Below, one piece after another: positions 12,925 to 26,500 of a stretch of DNA of 64,000 bases (its first letter is position 1; every line of letters starts with the position of its first letter). Below the pieces are notes generated by a model. The model saw only the letters and a list, made by a program, of their open reading frames with translations, was not told the DNA's origin and searched no databases. Position numbers and translations under genes: made by a program. Source of the DNA: Gnetum montanum (Eukaryota > Plantae > Gnetophyta); assembly GCA_015680685.1 (NCBI GenBank), contig MNCI01000745.1:142824-206823 (forward strand), given 5' to 3'.

Positions 12925-13721
12925 CTTTCTACACAACTTAGAAGATAAATGAAGTTAATTAGCATTTCAATTTCAGATTTCTAAATAAAAGTGGTGCCAA
13001 GCATGCTGCTATAACGTTCATGCTCATGAATTGAGTCATGGGCTTTGCTGGCTATCCGTCGGTCCTTGGCTATAGCAAACAGCTGAATCTTTGAAACGTT
13101 GAAAATCCGTGGGGTGAAGAATCCTCGCTGGGACTTGGTAGTTGATGACCAAAGATTTATTAAAGCTATTTGTTCAGTATCGAATGAGCTTTTCTTTATA
13201 ATATTATATCCAGAGTTATTCATATTTATTGAATCTTTCATCTTTAAAATAATGTTAATTGAATCAAATGACAAACACATTGTTGAAAACTAAATGACTT
13301 TGGGTGATGGCCCTTTGAACACTACATAACTATTTTGGGTGGGTGAGGACTCTTGGAAGAGTTCATAGTCTCTCTTCCACAAATCTCTCACACCAACAAT
13401 GTTACCTCAAAGCCATCCAATGCAGCAAAACAGTTACTGGTCATGGACCCATATGCTAATCTCTACACCATTATTATTGCTCATGGGCCCGTATATTAAT
13501 AATGACACTGTAGGATGGTGCTTTTTCTTTTAAGGGCCCAATTATGTAAAGACAGTGGAGTGAAATATTCTGTTCTACAAATCTCTCACAGCAATGTTAC
13601 TTAAGAGCCATCCAATACTGCAAAACACAAAAGTTCTCAAATCCTCAGACAGTTCTACAAATCTCTTTATTAATTTTTCATTTGATACTTTTTAATCTCT
13701 TTCATTTGATCTTGAGCAGTC

Positions 13722-13982
13722 GCAGTATCACTCTACTTTAAAAACAGTCTCCCCGTTGGCTTCGATGAGGTTATAGTTCATAGCTTTTTCTTAGTTCTTT
13801 TATCTCAAGTTAACGATTTAAAATCTTTATACGAACCTTTTTAAACACCCAATGGATATTAATCTCGTTTCGTGGTTATGTGCGGGTCTAAGACGCCTCT
13901 CGATGATGTATTCGGTGGCATAAAAAAGGTTAGGAAATTTTTAGAATTGTCATCTTCCATTCAAATATGTCACTTTTCTTAG
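13722..13982 (+). pseudogene. second DUF674 remnant (end of exon 1, intron start, C-terminal motif)
   Basis: 13722-13870 aligns to 6562-6740 with a deletion. 13887-13913 encodes SKTPLDDVF, matching the DUF674 C-terminal SKT.L.DVF motif; stop at 13980-13982. Confidence 0.7.
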
Positions 13983-14899
13983 CATCTAAGCATGAATGGT
14001 ATTTTATTATTATTTTTTAATTGGCGTGTTTGACCGAATAAGGGTATATAAAAATTTCAGGTAAGATGACATTCTACTGCTGAGACCACCCGCATCTCAC
14101 CTAAGAAGCTAACTCGCACCTCACCTGAGCCAAGACAATATTTTTAATTTCATACTTTATGGTTTATATTTTGTATCCGTATTGTGCATCTAATCTCCGG
14201 TATTTTGCTTTTGCTTTACCATGCTTGCGTTTGGATTTCCGTGCATTCGTTTGGTCATCTGAGTAGTAATATCAAGACTGCATCAGCCATGTTATATATT
14301 TAAGAAGTAATACCAAGATCACATGTCGTACAAGCTCTCTAAGCAAGTGGGCCTGTGACTTTAATATTCAATACCTTGTAACCGATATAATATTTTTTGT
14401 GGAGTACTGTTTTTAATTTTTGTTTTTAATTTTTTTAAAATTGAATTTTTTTCTTTTCTTTTCATTTGTTAACCTTCTGTCCTTATTAGTTTTTCATTTG
14501 ATTTACTTTTTATAGTTTTTATTTGTTATTGTTGAATTTTTGGCTAATAATAGTTTTTAACTTTTTCTTAAAAGTGGTTGTTACTTAAAAAATAATTAAT
14601 TTTCTTTTAAAAAAAATTTCTCAATGAAACTAGTTACTTTTATTTAATAAAAACTAACCATTACCTCCTACATCTCAACCACCAAGTACTTTTAATGCTA
14701 TTTATTCTCTCTCTAATAAAGATGGTATAACATCTTTTTCTTAATTAAGCTTATTATAAGAACTATAATAAAAATTGACATGCCAAGTCATTCTAGAAAA
14801 AAAATTGTAGATAATCATTTATTTGAATGTCATATTTAAGTCTCAATGAATTTGAAAAAGAATCATGAAAAAGATTAATTCACCATATTGTCTCAATCA

Positions 14900-16020
14900 A
14901 AAAGTATCTTGATCTAATACAAGCCCCAACTAAAGCACACATATAAGTAGGCTTTTAGGTTAAGAATCCTCTTCTTTGGACCTCATTTAAGTAGTATTGT
15001 TTTTTCTCTTGTAGCTTATTTACACATGTTCTTAATTAAGAGTTTTCTCTCAAAGCATTTGTCCAAGCTCCTTAGGTTTCAAATTTAAATCTTTATCTTA
15101 AATATTCAATTTTGAAACCATTTTATCTTCATAAAACCATTATTTCTTTTGAGTGGCATTATAACATTTATTAAAAAGTGTACTTTAGGTCTAACAAGCA
15201 AATTTTGATAAAATTTGATAAACTAATGAAGAACTATAATTTCTATAGAAAACATGCTTGTCTTAAACTCTTGTAGCAAAAAAAATCTTTTTAAACATAG
15301 TTAAACATCTCCATTATGGTCTTGGTTCCTAAGCTTCATGGTTGTATCATAAAACTAGTTGAAGAAGTTGATATTACATTTGTTTTTGTATATTCAATGT
15401 TTCAATTTCTTCTTATGTATAGTTGTAATGAATAGTGTATAAAAAATGCATACTATTAGAGATCTTTGGAAAAACATGATCTTATCATAAGTACTTAGTT
15501 GAAAATGCAATGTCTAAATACTTATAGAAAGGAACAACTTCAATATGTTTAGAACCAAAATACAAATCATCATTGTGTGATATGGTATCATATATTATCA
15601 TTTTGATTTTGGCGTCATGCACTTCATTTGAATTTTAGTTTTTGTCGTTAGCACCACACCATAAACAAACATTAAAATATTTATAGGAAAATTGATAACT
15701 TTAATAAACTCTACCTTAAAGTTATCTATTACTTCAGCTCATTAATAAAAATGTCAAATAATGAGGGAGAAAATGGGCATCCTTGTTTCATGTTTATGAA
15801 GTTGTTAAAGATAATATTTTTTAAGTATTATTATTCAAGAACAAACTTGGCACTAAGTTGTCAGTGAAGCATTGCTCACTTGATTATAGTATGCAACTTG
15901 TGGTACGCAAGTTCCATGTTCAGTTTCAAAGGATATGTTAAGTCCCAAGATATATGATTTGCTTCTATTACCCCATCAGTGCTTTATCAATTTATAGAAT
16001 GTCTTTATTCAAGCTTTAGG
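14900..16020 (-). mobile_element. highly decayed non-LTR retrotransposon (LINE) RT fragment
   Basis: Minus strand MKQGCPFSPSLFDIFINEL (15735-15792; RT QG..LSP.LF motif) and INILMFVYGVVL (~15648-15685; decayed FADD motif) at appropriate spacing. Boundaries approximate. Confidence 0.6.
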
Positions 16021-17478
16021 TTCATTAAAAAAAAAAAAATTTTGCAATCCATGTCATATCATATTTTCAATAATAATGATGCAAAGAAATAATAAATAAG
16101 ATTCAGCACCAAAAATTAACCTTGGAAATATAAATACAATTGATGGAAAATTCAAACCCATAATAATGAATAAGAAGCTACAAAATCATTACACTATTCA
16201 TTACCTTGGTGAAATTAATGAAGAAAGAGCCCTAATCCATTCCAAAAACAGTGACAGTGACAAAGGGACATAAAACAAACAAGAAGTCATAAATTATGAT
16301 AAAAGTACCTTTGGTAATGTTAGCATGAGATATAATGGAGAGATATGAGTTTCTTTATTTTACAGTTAACAAAAAATCTATAGTTGCTTATTACAAAGTC
16401 AAAAAGGGCAAAATTCAAGACACTAGAAGTACAAGGCTATCTTGATGCTCAACTACAAGAAGATGAATATAAGGAGAGTAACCTTGTCATCCAAATATCG
16501 AAAAGGATCATCAAGTAGGTGTTCAAGAATACTTTTAAATTTTGTTGAATGTTTAATATAAAATTCATGTTCAAAATAGATATGCAACAAACGTTTTGTG
16601 ATTCTTTTGTACTTGACAACAATAAAACCTAGATAGAAATTGCATATTTGAAGGAGATATATATATGTGTGTGTGTGATGAAATTTTTTGAAAATTATGT
16701 CTTCTATAATGATAGACATAATCATATCACCATGTTAAATGCATAGAAAATCTGCATGATCTAGAATCATGATGTCATCTTTTCATGGGCATGACACAAT
16801 GTTGAGGGTAAATGAGTAGCTTGCAAAATGTTTGAAAAGTAATAAAACATTGTACTTTAGTTATGTATATGTTGTTGCCTATATTTTCAAGTTATATACA
16901 ATTATGGTCTCCCATCATAAGACTACCAAATTGCTATACCCATACACTGTGTATATTCTGCACATGGGGTGAATATAAAAAATGAAGACTCTAAAGATCA
17001 AGAAGAAGAAGTTGTAAGCAAAAGCTAGACATCCATTGTGAAAATATTCAAGAAGGCAATGTTGAGCTCCAAAATGAACATCTCAAATGAAGAGGAGAAA
17101 AATGAATAGTTATAACCATTAGAACAAGAAGGATGAAAGGAAAGGAGATTGTAGGCCATAGCAACAAGATTGAAGAGGAAAGTATAACATCAAATGACAA
17201 AATTATGAAGTTAGATATAAAGGATGGGATAGAGACCTTAAAATATGTAAACATTTCTAACCCTACATTAGAAGGTTGTAACACCCTCCTACCGAATCCT
17301 AGGTTAGGAAGGCATTATGTAAGTTGAATCCATCTTATCCGCAAAGATCATGGTAAAGCCAACTATGGCAAAATATAAATAACCACTACCTGAGTGTGAG
17401 ATGGAACAAAATAAGAATATACGAACCAGGCTAAGATCTATGAAATAGTCATACACTATGAAGATATATGACCATGAA

Positions 17479-18380
17479 TGATGAGCGGCTAGGTATCCCT
17501 ACACCCAACCAACGAATCACAAGCGTTCACGCGCAACTCGGTCGAAATCCGTAGACTGTAAGCACTTAACATATACCAAACTTCTAACCAGTGAAACCTT
17601 GGGTTAGAACAGTCGTTGTCATCCTAATCTCACTTGTGAAGTTCTGTTTACGTTGGTTAAGTGAGATTAAGGCTAATGATTTTTATATCTTTTTAATTAT
17701 CTTTTTGGCAGCTAATTGAAGTATGGAAAGTAAGGAATAAACTGTTATCTAATCTCTAATTATCCTAGCTTATATTCTAACTATTCCTAGCATAAGTATC
17801 TGGTCCCATCTTCCGAGCACGTTCTGAGCATCTCCTAACACTTCTGGGTTACCAGATGTTAAGCGTCACTGGGCTTACCAAGTATTTGGGTTACGTTCGA
17901 GATGGTCATACTTATGGCCTTAATGAACTATGAATGAACAATAGCAATTGAAATTATAATAATGAAAACATAAGTAATTAACAAGTAACTAATAAAGCAT
18001 AAACATATTAAACTATTAAATGCATAAACTAACTAAGTCCAAATGCTGCAAGGAATGCTTGAAGAGTTCGTCTTTATTGTCGTCACGTCAATGGGCTCAG
18101 ATACATCAATTCTCGAATAAAGAGTCGATCACTTTTCTTACATCTGCTATGGGCACTTTGAAAATATTCTATCTCTTGCGAGAACAAACTACAAGAGCTT
18201 CGCTACAACTACTCAAAAATATGTCCAAATGAGGTGGAAGGCCCTCTTATTTAGAGGCTAGGAAAGGTGGCTACATAAACGGGGCCATGTCGACGTAAGG
18301 TGGCTATGTCAACGTGGCCGTGTATACGCAGCCCCATATATGCGGCCCAGTCGACGCATTGACTAAATGACACTTCATCA
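17479..18380 (-). repeat. 3' LTR of the Athila-like element
   Basis: Direct repeat of 30016-30932; differences are mostly transitions plus a ~15-bp indel in the palindrome array. Confidence 0.95.
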
Positions 18381-18549
18381 TACCCCCACAACTGAGCAAA
18401 AACTTGTCCTCGAGTTACTTTACAATTTGGAAGGTATGGATTCTTATTTACAACACACATAACTTAAACACATACATGACACACACACATGACACAACAT
18501 AAATTTACCAAGTGCCCGAGTTACAGAGGAGGAAAAATTACAAAAACTA

Positions 18550-21438
18550 GTGGTGTTCATAGACAAAATTGAACACCTCGCTGGTCCTGGAGCCTCTACT
18601 ATGTAGGATGATGCACAAAATTGCTGGAGAAGATCACATTGTCCCAGGGGGTGGTGGTTCTGACAAATCCTCTCTAGCCTTTGGTCCATGCGTTGGTGGT
18701 AGCACGAATGTCGGTAGCCCGGCGATAGCTGCAACTTCTAGAGGTAGCCGAAAAGCCTCCAAGAGAGCCCTCATTTTTTCTTCTTTACTTCTGGGATTGT
18801 TCACGGTCCAGGCAACTTCTCCAATATGTGCTGGAACTGGAACCTCCCAAGGGCATGGCAACGCTAGAAGGAGTTCTTTTAAGTTGAGAAACCAGGCTGT
18901 GAACTGTTTGCATTTGATGTCGAACGCTTGGATTGATACCTGCAGCTGCTAGTAGTCATTCATTCTTTAGGCTAGGTCCTCCACAACTGTACATTGACCT
19001 TCAAAGCTTGGGCGGAGGATCTCGAGTTCTACGTTTGCTGTTGCCAGCTTTTGTTTTGTTGTCTTGTGCACCTGGAACTCACCCTCGTATAGGGAATACG
19101 AGGCGGCCACTTGCTTTTCTAACTCTAACCGTAGTCTCCCAGCTATGAGCATAGCCAGGTTTGCATATCGAAGATTGGCCAGCTCCATGTATTCTATCAT
19201 CTCCTCAATTTGCAGCTCCTTTAGGTAGATTTCTGCTGTGTTGTAGGCATTCAACCCATCAAAGATGGAGTGCCATACATTGCCTCCCTCTTGGAGCTGC
19301 TGGAGCGCTTGGTTTATCTTGGCTTTAGCAACTTGAATGTGCTTCTCGTTGACCTCCTTCTGCAATCCCACTTGGTCCCTGTAGTGATTCTTGAATTTTT
19401 CGAATTTTAGGACCTTGTTCTTCCAAGCGGTGATTTCGATTTCAGACTTCTGTCTTTTCAACAGCCAACCTCCTCTATTGAAAAATTCTGATTTTCAACA
19501 GCCAACCTTCTCATGTCAGTGTTCACCCTAGCTAGCTCCTCCTGCTGTTAGTGGATGAAATCTTTCATGTGTTCGTTCTCTACACCAACATTGCACAGGC
19601 AATGAACTTCCACAGTCAACTACACGTTCTCTTGGTGAACCTCCACCAGGTCCTTCTCTAAGTGATATGCTCAGGCGTCTGCTATGGACTTGTCAAGGAT
19701 CGCCATCTCCCGAACATCCTCAACAACCTGAAGTTTAAGCTGAAGCTGTTAAAAAGCTTCATCTCTGGTGATTTCATGGTTGAGGATGGCTGGATCAGCA
19801 AGTTGGGCTCTTAATTGGGCTACCTCAGTTGCCAAGCACTGACAAGTGGCTTGAGCAGCTTCTAGTTGCCCCTCCAAAACAATGCTCTTGCCCCTTGCTA
19901 AGAGCAGCTCCAACTGGGTTGCAGTGATGTTGTCTGGAAGGTCGAAGACATCTGGAAGCAGTTGCCCGATTCCCACCAATCGGTCCAATAATTCTTCATG
20001 TTGGGCTACATCAATCTTGCTACACGAAGTTCTGGCAAACACCTATACATCTTGTAGTCCATGAATGTTTGGTACAAGTGCTGCTGGTGCATTGAGAATC
20101 ATAGCAATTGTATCATCAACCACTTCCGCTGCAACTTCTTGTCCCTTGTGCTGCATCACCAGGACCATCGCCCCCTCACCATCTTCCAAGCGTACCAAGA
20201 AGGTAGTAGCATTCCCTGGGCATAATTGTTGGGTTGCAGTTGATACATCTCAGATGCTTGGATTTGTTCTGGTTGGCATTGTTGCTCGGGTGATGGAGAA
20301 TATCAGCCTTGCCCTTTCAAGCAAGCTGACTAATTGAGCCACTTGCTCCAGGTGACTCATGGTAGGACGATAGACCGAAGTATCTTCTCCTCCACCAGTT
20401 CTACTGGATTGCTCTTGCTGGCTCAAGAGCGTTTCTTGAATCTCGCAGATGTATTCTATAGTGGTTTGTGAGCCTGGCTACATTGTTTGTGCAGGTGGTG
20501 GAGGTGGTTGTTGCTCTTCCTCTATCTGTGTGGCGGAAAGAGTTTTTTCTTTCATCATCTCTCACCACGAGGCAATTGGGGTGCATCGAATTATGTCCTT
20601 AGAATATCATGCTATCCCTACTCATTTACACAACTTTTAGATTAGGCAGGGAAAGGGGAGAGCTCGTCTTCCACGTTCGTTCTCAACGAACCTTGTTTCA
20701 ATCTCCAGAAACAACAGTTGTGGAAGACTCATGGGAAATTTCCCACTCAAGGAGGTACACGCACGAGCGGAGAAGGTTGTGATTTTGCTGGGTCTTACCG
20801 TTGGATTCAAATGGCAAGACTTTATCTTGGAGTATACTCTCTCCACTGTGGTCAAGGAGCCAAATTCCTTGCGTTCAACCCCATAGCACCATTGGATCCA
20901 TTACGCCTTCACCTCTGGATCGGCCTATTTTGGAATTTCTGCCACATCTACCCCAATTTCGGGTAACCCAAAATGGGGGTAGACTCTTGACCCTGGTTGT
21001 CGATTTGTCCAAAAGAGATAAGTTTCTCTTAAGTACCATTCACCACTGGTTGTGATGATTGGCCACATCGAAGAGTTCTGCAATTGGAGCCTCACATCTT
21101 CTGGAGCATTCTCAAGGAATGGTCCAAAATTTAACTCTTGAAGGACCGTCCATTGCACCTCACGTGGTGTGATAGCATCAAGGTAGGCTTGGGTCAGGGT
21201 GACCTCAAGCCATGGTGCTATCCCAGGAGTCTCATCCCCTAGCGATTGCTCACCAGGAATCTCCTCTTCAGGAATAGCGAACAGATTCCATGTCAGGTCT
21301 TTCATGGAAGGGCCCAGTTGCATGAGAGCCCTCCGCATGCTCTGGCGACTGCACACCACGTCCCCTTCCCATGCATGGATGCTTGTCCCTTGGTTGAGAC
21401 AGTCTTTCGTCCCTTGGGTGCCTTGGTTTTGGTGCCAT
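18550..21438 (-). pseudogene. Athila ORF2 ('env-like'/putative plant transposon protein domain plus long coiled coil), fragmented
   Basis: Acceptor-like TTGCAG directly followed by ATGGCACCAAAA (MAPK) at 21438. WYLRETYLFWTN and LLFLEIE..RRALPFPCLI*KLC resemble the PF20167/PF03078-type LPFP.LI..LC motif. Heptad-rich ORFs at 19749-20042 and 18967-19461. 3' end approximate. Confidence 0.65.
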
Positions 21439-21797
21439 CTGCAATCAAACATAACCGCCCATTAGACCATTCATAAATAGCTTAAGATGGTCTGTATATG
21501 CTTTCTCAGTTTGACCAACTTATGTTAATGGCACAGGCACACCGTTAAGTCTTCCAGAATGTTAGTTTAGGGGTCAGGGCAAAATTTTTCATAATTAACA
21601 ACTAATTAGTTAATTACACAAAGGTACCACCCCCCCNNNNNNNNNNNNNNNNNNNNNNNTTAAAAAAAAGGGCAACGAAAGGTTGATGCGGACACGCAAT
21701 GGAATGTAGGTGTGTTGGGAAGGGTTAGGTAGAAAAAATGGCAAAAACTCCCCTCAATTTGAACTCCAAATGATGAAAAATGAACAAGTGCAATGGG

Positions 21798-21905
21798 TTA
21801 TATATAGAGGTTGGGCGCTGCCTCGACGAGGCCGCATATATGTAGGCACTGCGTATACGGGGTCGCGTATACGTAGCACTGTTCACCCGTGGACCAGTGT
21901 TGACC
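21798..21905 (-). promoter_or_regulatory. putative internal promoter for ORF2 (TATA plus CG-palindrome array)
   Basis: CTATATATAA (minus, 21798-21807) preceded by TCGA/GTATAC palindromes like those upstream of the LTR TATA. Confidence 0.45.
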
Positions 21906-23274
21906 AACCCATAAAACACCTGAAATGATGAATTTGAAAATCTAAATAGAGGGGGTTGAAGTGCAGAGAAGGCCCAGTCATGGTGGAGAACATGAGGAAG
22001 GAAATGGAGCCCGAGAAAGAGACAAAATGGGAGAACAGGACACAAAAAGAACTCCACAAGGACAAAATCAAACGATGGGACACTGAAAAAAATCAACCAA
22101 GAAATCCAAAGGATGGAAGGCTGAACAAGAAAAACCAAGAGTATGCAAGTGGGTCCTCCCCATAGTAGGCAACAGCTTTTGTAGCCCCTGCATACCCTCA
22201 ACACCAACGTCCGTGGGCCCGGGTGCCAGGAATTGGTGTCGACCAATTAAGACTCCAAACCAAGAGAACCTGCCAAGGCATGAGAGACCTACAGAAAACA
22301 TAACGAACACACAAAACACAAAAAGGGTAGTGAGGTGAGTACGGATAGAAGCAGGAATAGAGGGAAAGGAGAGAATGAAAATTCCGAGTGTCAGTCACAT
22401 GAAACCCTGTGTGCGAGTATGGTTAAGTGACCCGATAGAACCTTTCCTGACATGTGACCCAAAACCATCCGCAGTCAGTGACATCGCAGTGATAGATGAA
22501 GTCCCAACCATCCCAAAGGAAGCAAGAATGACCCCACATAGAACCACCACTTCAGGAAATCTGAGAAGAAGGAAGTGAAATGGGAAAAAGTTAGAGGGGA
22601 CCAAGGAAGTCCCATAACTAGTGCATGTGACCCGTGAGGGGCGGTCTAAGGGGTATGCTTTGAATTCCCCAGTGATCTGTATTTCTTTTCTTTTGTTCAG
22701 GGGAACCACACCATGCAAAGAGCCATGCGTGTTGGCATGCATCCGACAAAGGGGTGTGCTTTGAATCCTCATTTTATTTGTCTATTTTGTTTTTGGTTTT
22801 TTTTTCTTCTTTTCAGTGAGGACCACACCATGCAAGGTCGAACTGCCCAGAAGCTTCCACAGAGAGAGACTTGGAGTGGGAGGAAAGCCGTGAGGACACA
22901 CCAGCAACCCGGGGAATAGAACCAAACAACAAATAAAGCATTCCCCTTGAAGTCACACCCGATTCAAACCATTGGGTCATCCCTCAGTCTGGGAACTACA
23001 CAAGTCACACATTAATTAAAATGTTTTTAAGTGAAGGGGTTACATGTTTGCAACAAAAGGAAAACCATCGAATGATGAATGGGCAAATGACGTGGACTCA
23101 CTGCCGAGTTTATGAACTGAAAACAATGTAAAATCCAAGGACAACCATGCAATGGCGGGAGCCAAATAACGAGGAAGACTATTACAATACCCATCGTAAC
23201 GAAACTAACCGTGCCAAATGTCTAAAGACAATACGACGACATCTGCCATTATGTGAAAAAATAGAAAAGTACAA

Positions 23275-23478
23275 AAAATGAAAAATAATTAAAGAAAATA
23301 AAAATATGTGCAAAGAATGTGCAAACGTATGAATGATGGTGAAAGACAAAAAAGTGTAAAACAATAAGTGTAAAACAAAAAAGTGTAAAACGAAAAGTGT
23401 AAAATAAAAAATGATAAAACAAAGAAGTGTAAAACAAAAAAGTGTAAAACAAAAAATTGTAAAACAAAAAATGATAAA
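23275..23478. repeat. degenerate 'aaaagtgtaaaaca' tandem repeats downstream of integrase
   Basis: About 8 imperfect units visible. Confidence 0.7.
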
Positions 23479-23502
23479 ATGATGAGGGGAGTAGGGAATG
23501 AA

Positions 23503-26500
23503 TCAGCAGGGATGATGGTCTCCCCCATGACTAGATGGAAAGGAGGAGACACGAAAAATGGAACAAGGGCAACTGGCTAATGACGAGGCAGTGGCACTAG
23601 TTGTGTGGAGCTCATGGAAAGGTTTTAATTGTTGGCAGTTGATTAACTGTGTTCTGATGGGGTCCCCAGGTTTGTGAATGAGCAAGGCCCCGAATGGGAA
23701 GGTTTCGGAGACAATATAAGGTCCCTCCCATAGTGTCTGAAACTTTGTCGGTTGGGATACATGTGAGGGGTTCCAATACAATACCTTGTCTCCACATCAA
23801 AATGTGACCTTCCGAATCCTAAGATCATGTCGTTTCTTATTATAGGCCTTGTGGGTTTCATTTGAAAATAGGGCCACTAATCGGTTCTCATCTAGCACAC
23901 TTAAGTTGATTAATCATTCACGTTGTGCTAGCGGTAGGTCAAGGCCGAGGTCACTGGCTGTGGATAGTGTCTGGAGTTCTGCTTGGATTAGAAGTGTTGG
24001 TAACTTTTCGTACACCAACTCATAGGGAGAGTACCCTACAAGAAGTTTCCAAGTGGAGTGATAGGCCCATAGGGCATCGTTGAGCTTGGTACTCCAATCC
24101 CTCCTGTATTTGCTAATGGTTCGAGTAACGATCTTGGTGATCTTTCTATTGGTGACTTCGACCTACCCATTAGCTTGGGGGTGATAGGGTGTTGTAAATT
24201 TATGTGTTACCCCTAAGCGTTGCATGAGTTTTCGAAAAGTGACACCCGTGAAGTGAGTCCCATTGTTAGAAATCAGTGCACGTGGCACTCCAAACCTGGT
24301 AACGATTTGTTGCTAGACAAATCGTGCAGCTGTGTTGGAAGAACAGTCGATGATGATGGCTTGGGGGTGATAGGGTGTTGTAAATTTATAAGCGTTGCAT
24401 GAGTTTTCGAAAAGTGACACCCGTGAAGTGAGTCCCATTGTCAGAAATCAGTGCACGTGGCACTCCAAACCTCGTAACGATTTGTTGCTGGACAAATTGT
24501 GCGGCGATGTTGGAAGAACAGTCGATGATGACAGCCGCTTCTACCCACTTTGTACAGTAGTCCACCTCCACAATGATGTAGGCCTTTCCATTTGACAAGG
24601 GGGTGATGGGCCCCATGAAGTCGATACCCCAGATGTCAAAGGGCTCCAGTGGTTGGATCCACTATTGAGGTCCCTCCAACCATGCCATCATCCCACCATC
24701 TCTTTGGCATCATTCACAGGAGTGGGTGAACCATTGTGCATCCCTGAAATGTGTAGGCCAGTAATACCCTGCAAGCAGGATTTTAATGGTCGTTCAACGT
24801 CTAGCATAGTAGCCCCCACAAGGGCCCTTGTGAGTATCTTGGAGGATGCACAGTGTATCATCAAGGACACACCATCGAACAAGCCATCTGTGCACACCTT
24901 GTAGAGGTGACCATTGATTTCCATGAAACACTTGGCCTTATGGAGAAACTGTTGTTTCTATCGATGGTTCCATTCCTTTTGCAACTCCTGGGTTGTAAGG
25001 TAGGTAAGGATGCGGTTGAACCAAGGGGATTCCTTGGGTACTTGAGGATCAACGACGCCTGTGAAGAGGAGTTCATCTAGAAATTGGTCGAATAAGGGCT
25101 TCTCCTCTTCTGTATCATCCCATTGAAATCGAGACAAGTGGTCAGCAACCACATTCTCAGTCCCCTTTCTTTCTACCATGGTAAGATCAAACTCCTAAAG
25201 AATCACCAGCCACCGGATTATACGGGGGCTCACCATTGGTTTGTTCATCAGGAACCAGATAGCACTGTGGTCAATGTGCACAAACATCTCATATCTAAGC
25301 ACATAGTGTCGGAATTTGTCCAAGGCGAACACCACCGCCATCAATTCCTTCTCGATGGTGGTAAAGTTTAGCTATGCATCCATAATACTATAGCTTGCAC
25401 AGTGGATATAATATGGATGTTTCTGATTATCACACTGTGTAAGCACGGCTCCCAAGGTGTAGTTGGAGGCATCCATCATAATTTAAAAAGGTCTGGATCA
25501 AGCAGGTGCCCATAGAACTAGAGCTTTTACAAGTTTATGTTTCAGCGCTTGGAATGTAGACTCACATTCCTTAGTCCAAACAAACGGAGCGTCTTTCTTT
25601 GTAAGTTCTACCAACAACTAGGTGATCTTTGAGAAGTGCTCAATGAAATGCCGATAGTAACCAGTGTGTCTAAGGAATGACCGTACATCTTTGATGATAC
25701 TTGGTTGGCGGGTAATTCCTTGGATGATCCTTATCTTTTCAGGGTCTACATTGATCCCTGTTGATGAGATGTGATGCCCCAGCACAATGCCCTCTTGAAC
25801 CATCAAATGGCTCTTTTGCCAATTGAGCCACAAATTGGTGTCTACACACCTCTTTAGAACCTACTCTAGACGGTCCAATGCTTGCTCAAATGTGGCCCCA
25901 TAGGTGGAAAATTCATCATGAAGACTTCTACACCATTGTCAATTTGTTGCTAGAAGATGCTTAGGACAAGGCATTGGAACGTCGCAGGCACATTGCACAG
26001 GCCAAAGGGCATCTTCTTATATGCAAAAGTCCCCCATGGACTCTTGAATGTAGTTTTGGCCTGGTCCTCTAGTGCTATTTGGATTTGGTTATAACCACTA
26101 TAACCATCCAAAAAACTGTAATATCGGTGTCCTGCAATGGTGTCCAACACCTGGTCCACAAATGGGAGCGAGAATTGGTCCTTGAAGGTCACCATGTTCA
26201 GCAACTAGAAATCAATACAGACCCTCCATTTGCCACCTTTCTTGGGTACGATAATGAGTGGGCTAACCCATTCGCTATTGGCGATAAAATAGATGAATCC
26301 CACCTTAAGCAATTATTCGATTTCATCTTTTATGATCTACTTCAATTTGGGATTCAACCATCTTTGAAGTTGTCATCGTGGCTTCATGGAAGGGTCAAGA
26401 TAGATACAGTGCTAGCAGACCCTGGGATCAACTCCAGTTAACTCAGGATATGACCATGTGAATGCAGCAACCCATTTGTTTACCATCACCAGCAACTTCT

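Noticed and set aside
13374-13627. ~55-bp dispersed direct repeat (tctacaaatctctcaca..agccatccaat)
   Set aside because: No PBS, PPT or TSD between or around the copies; treated as a local duplication.
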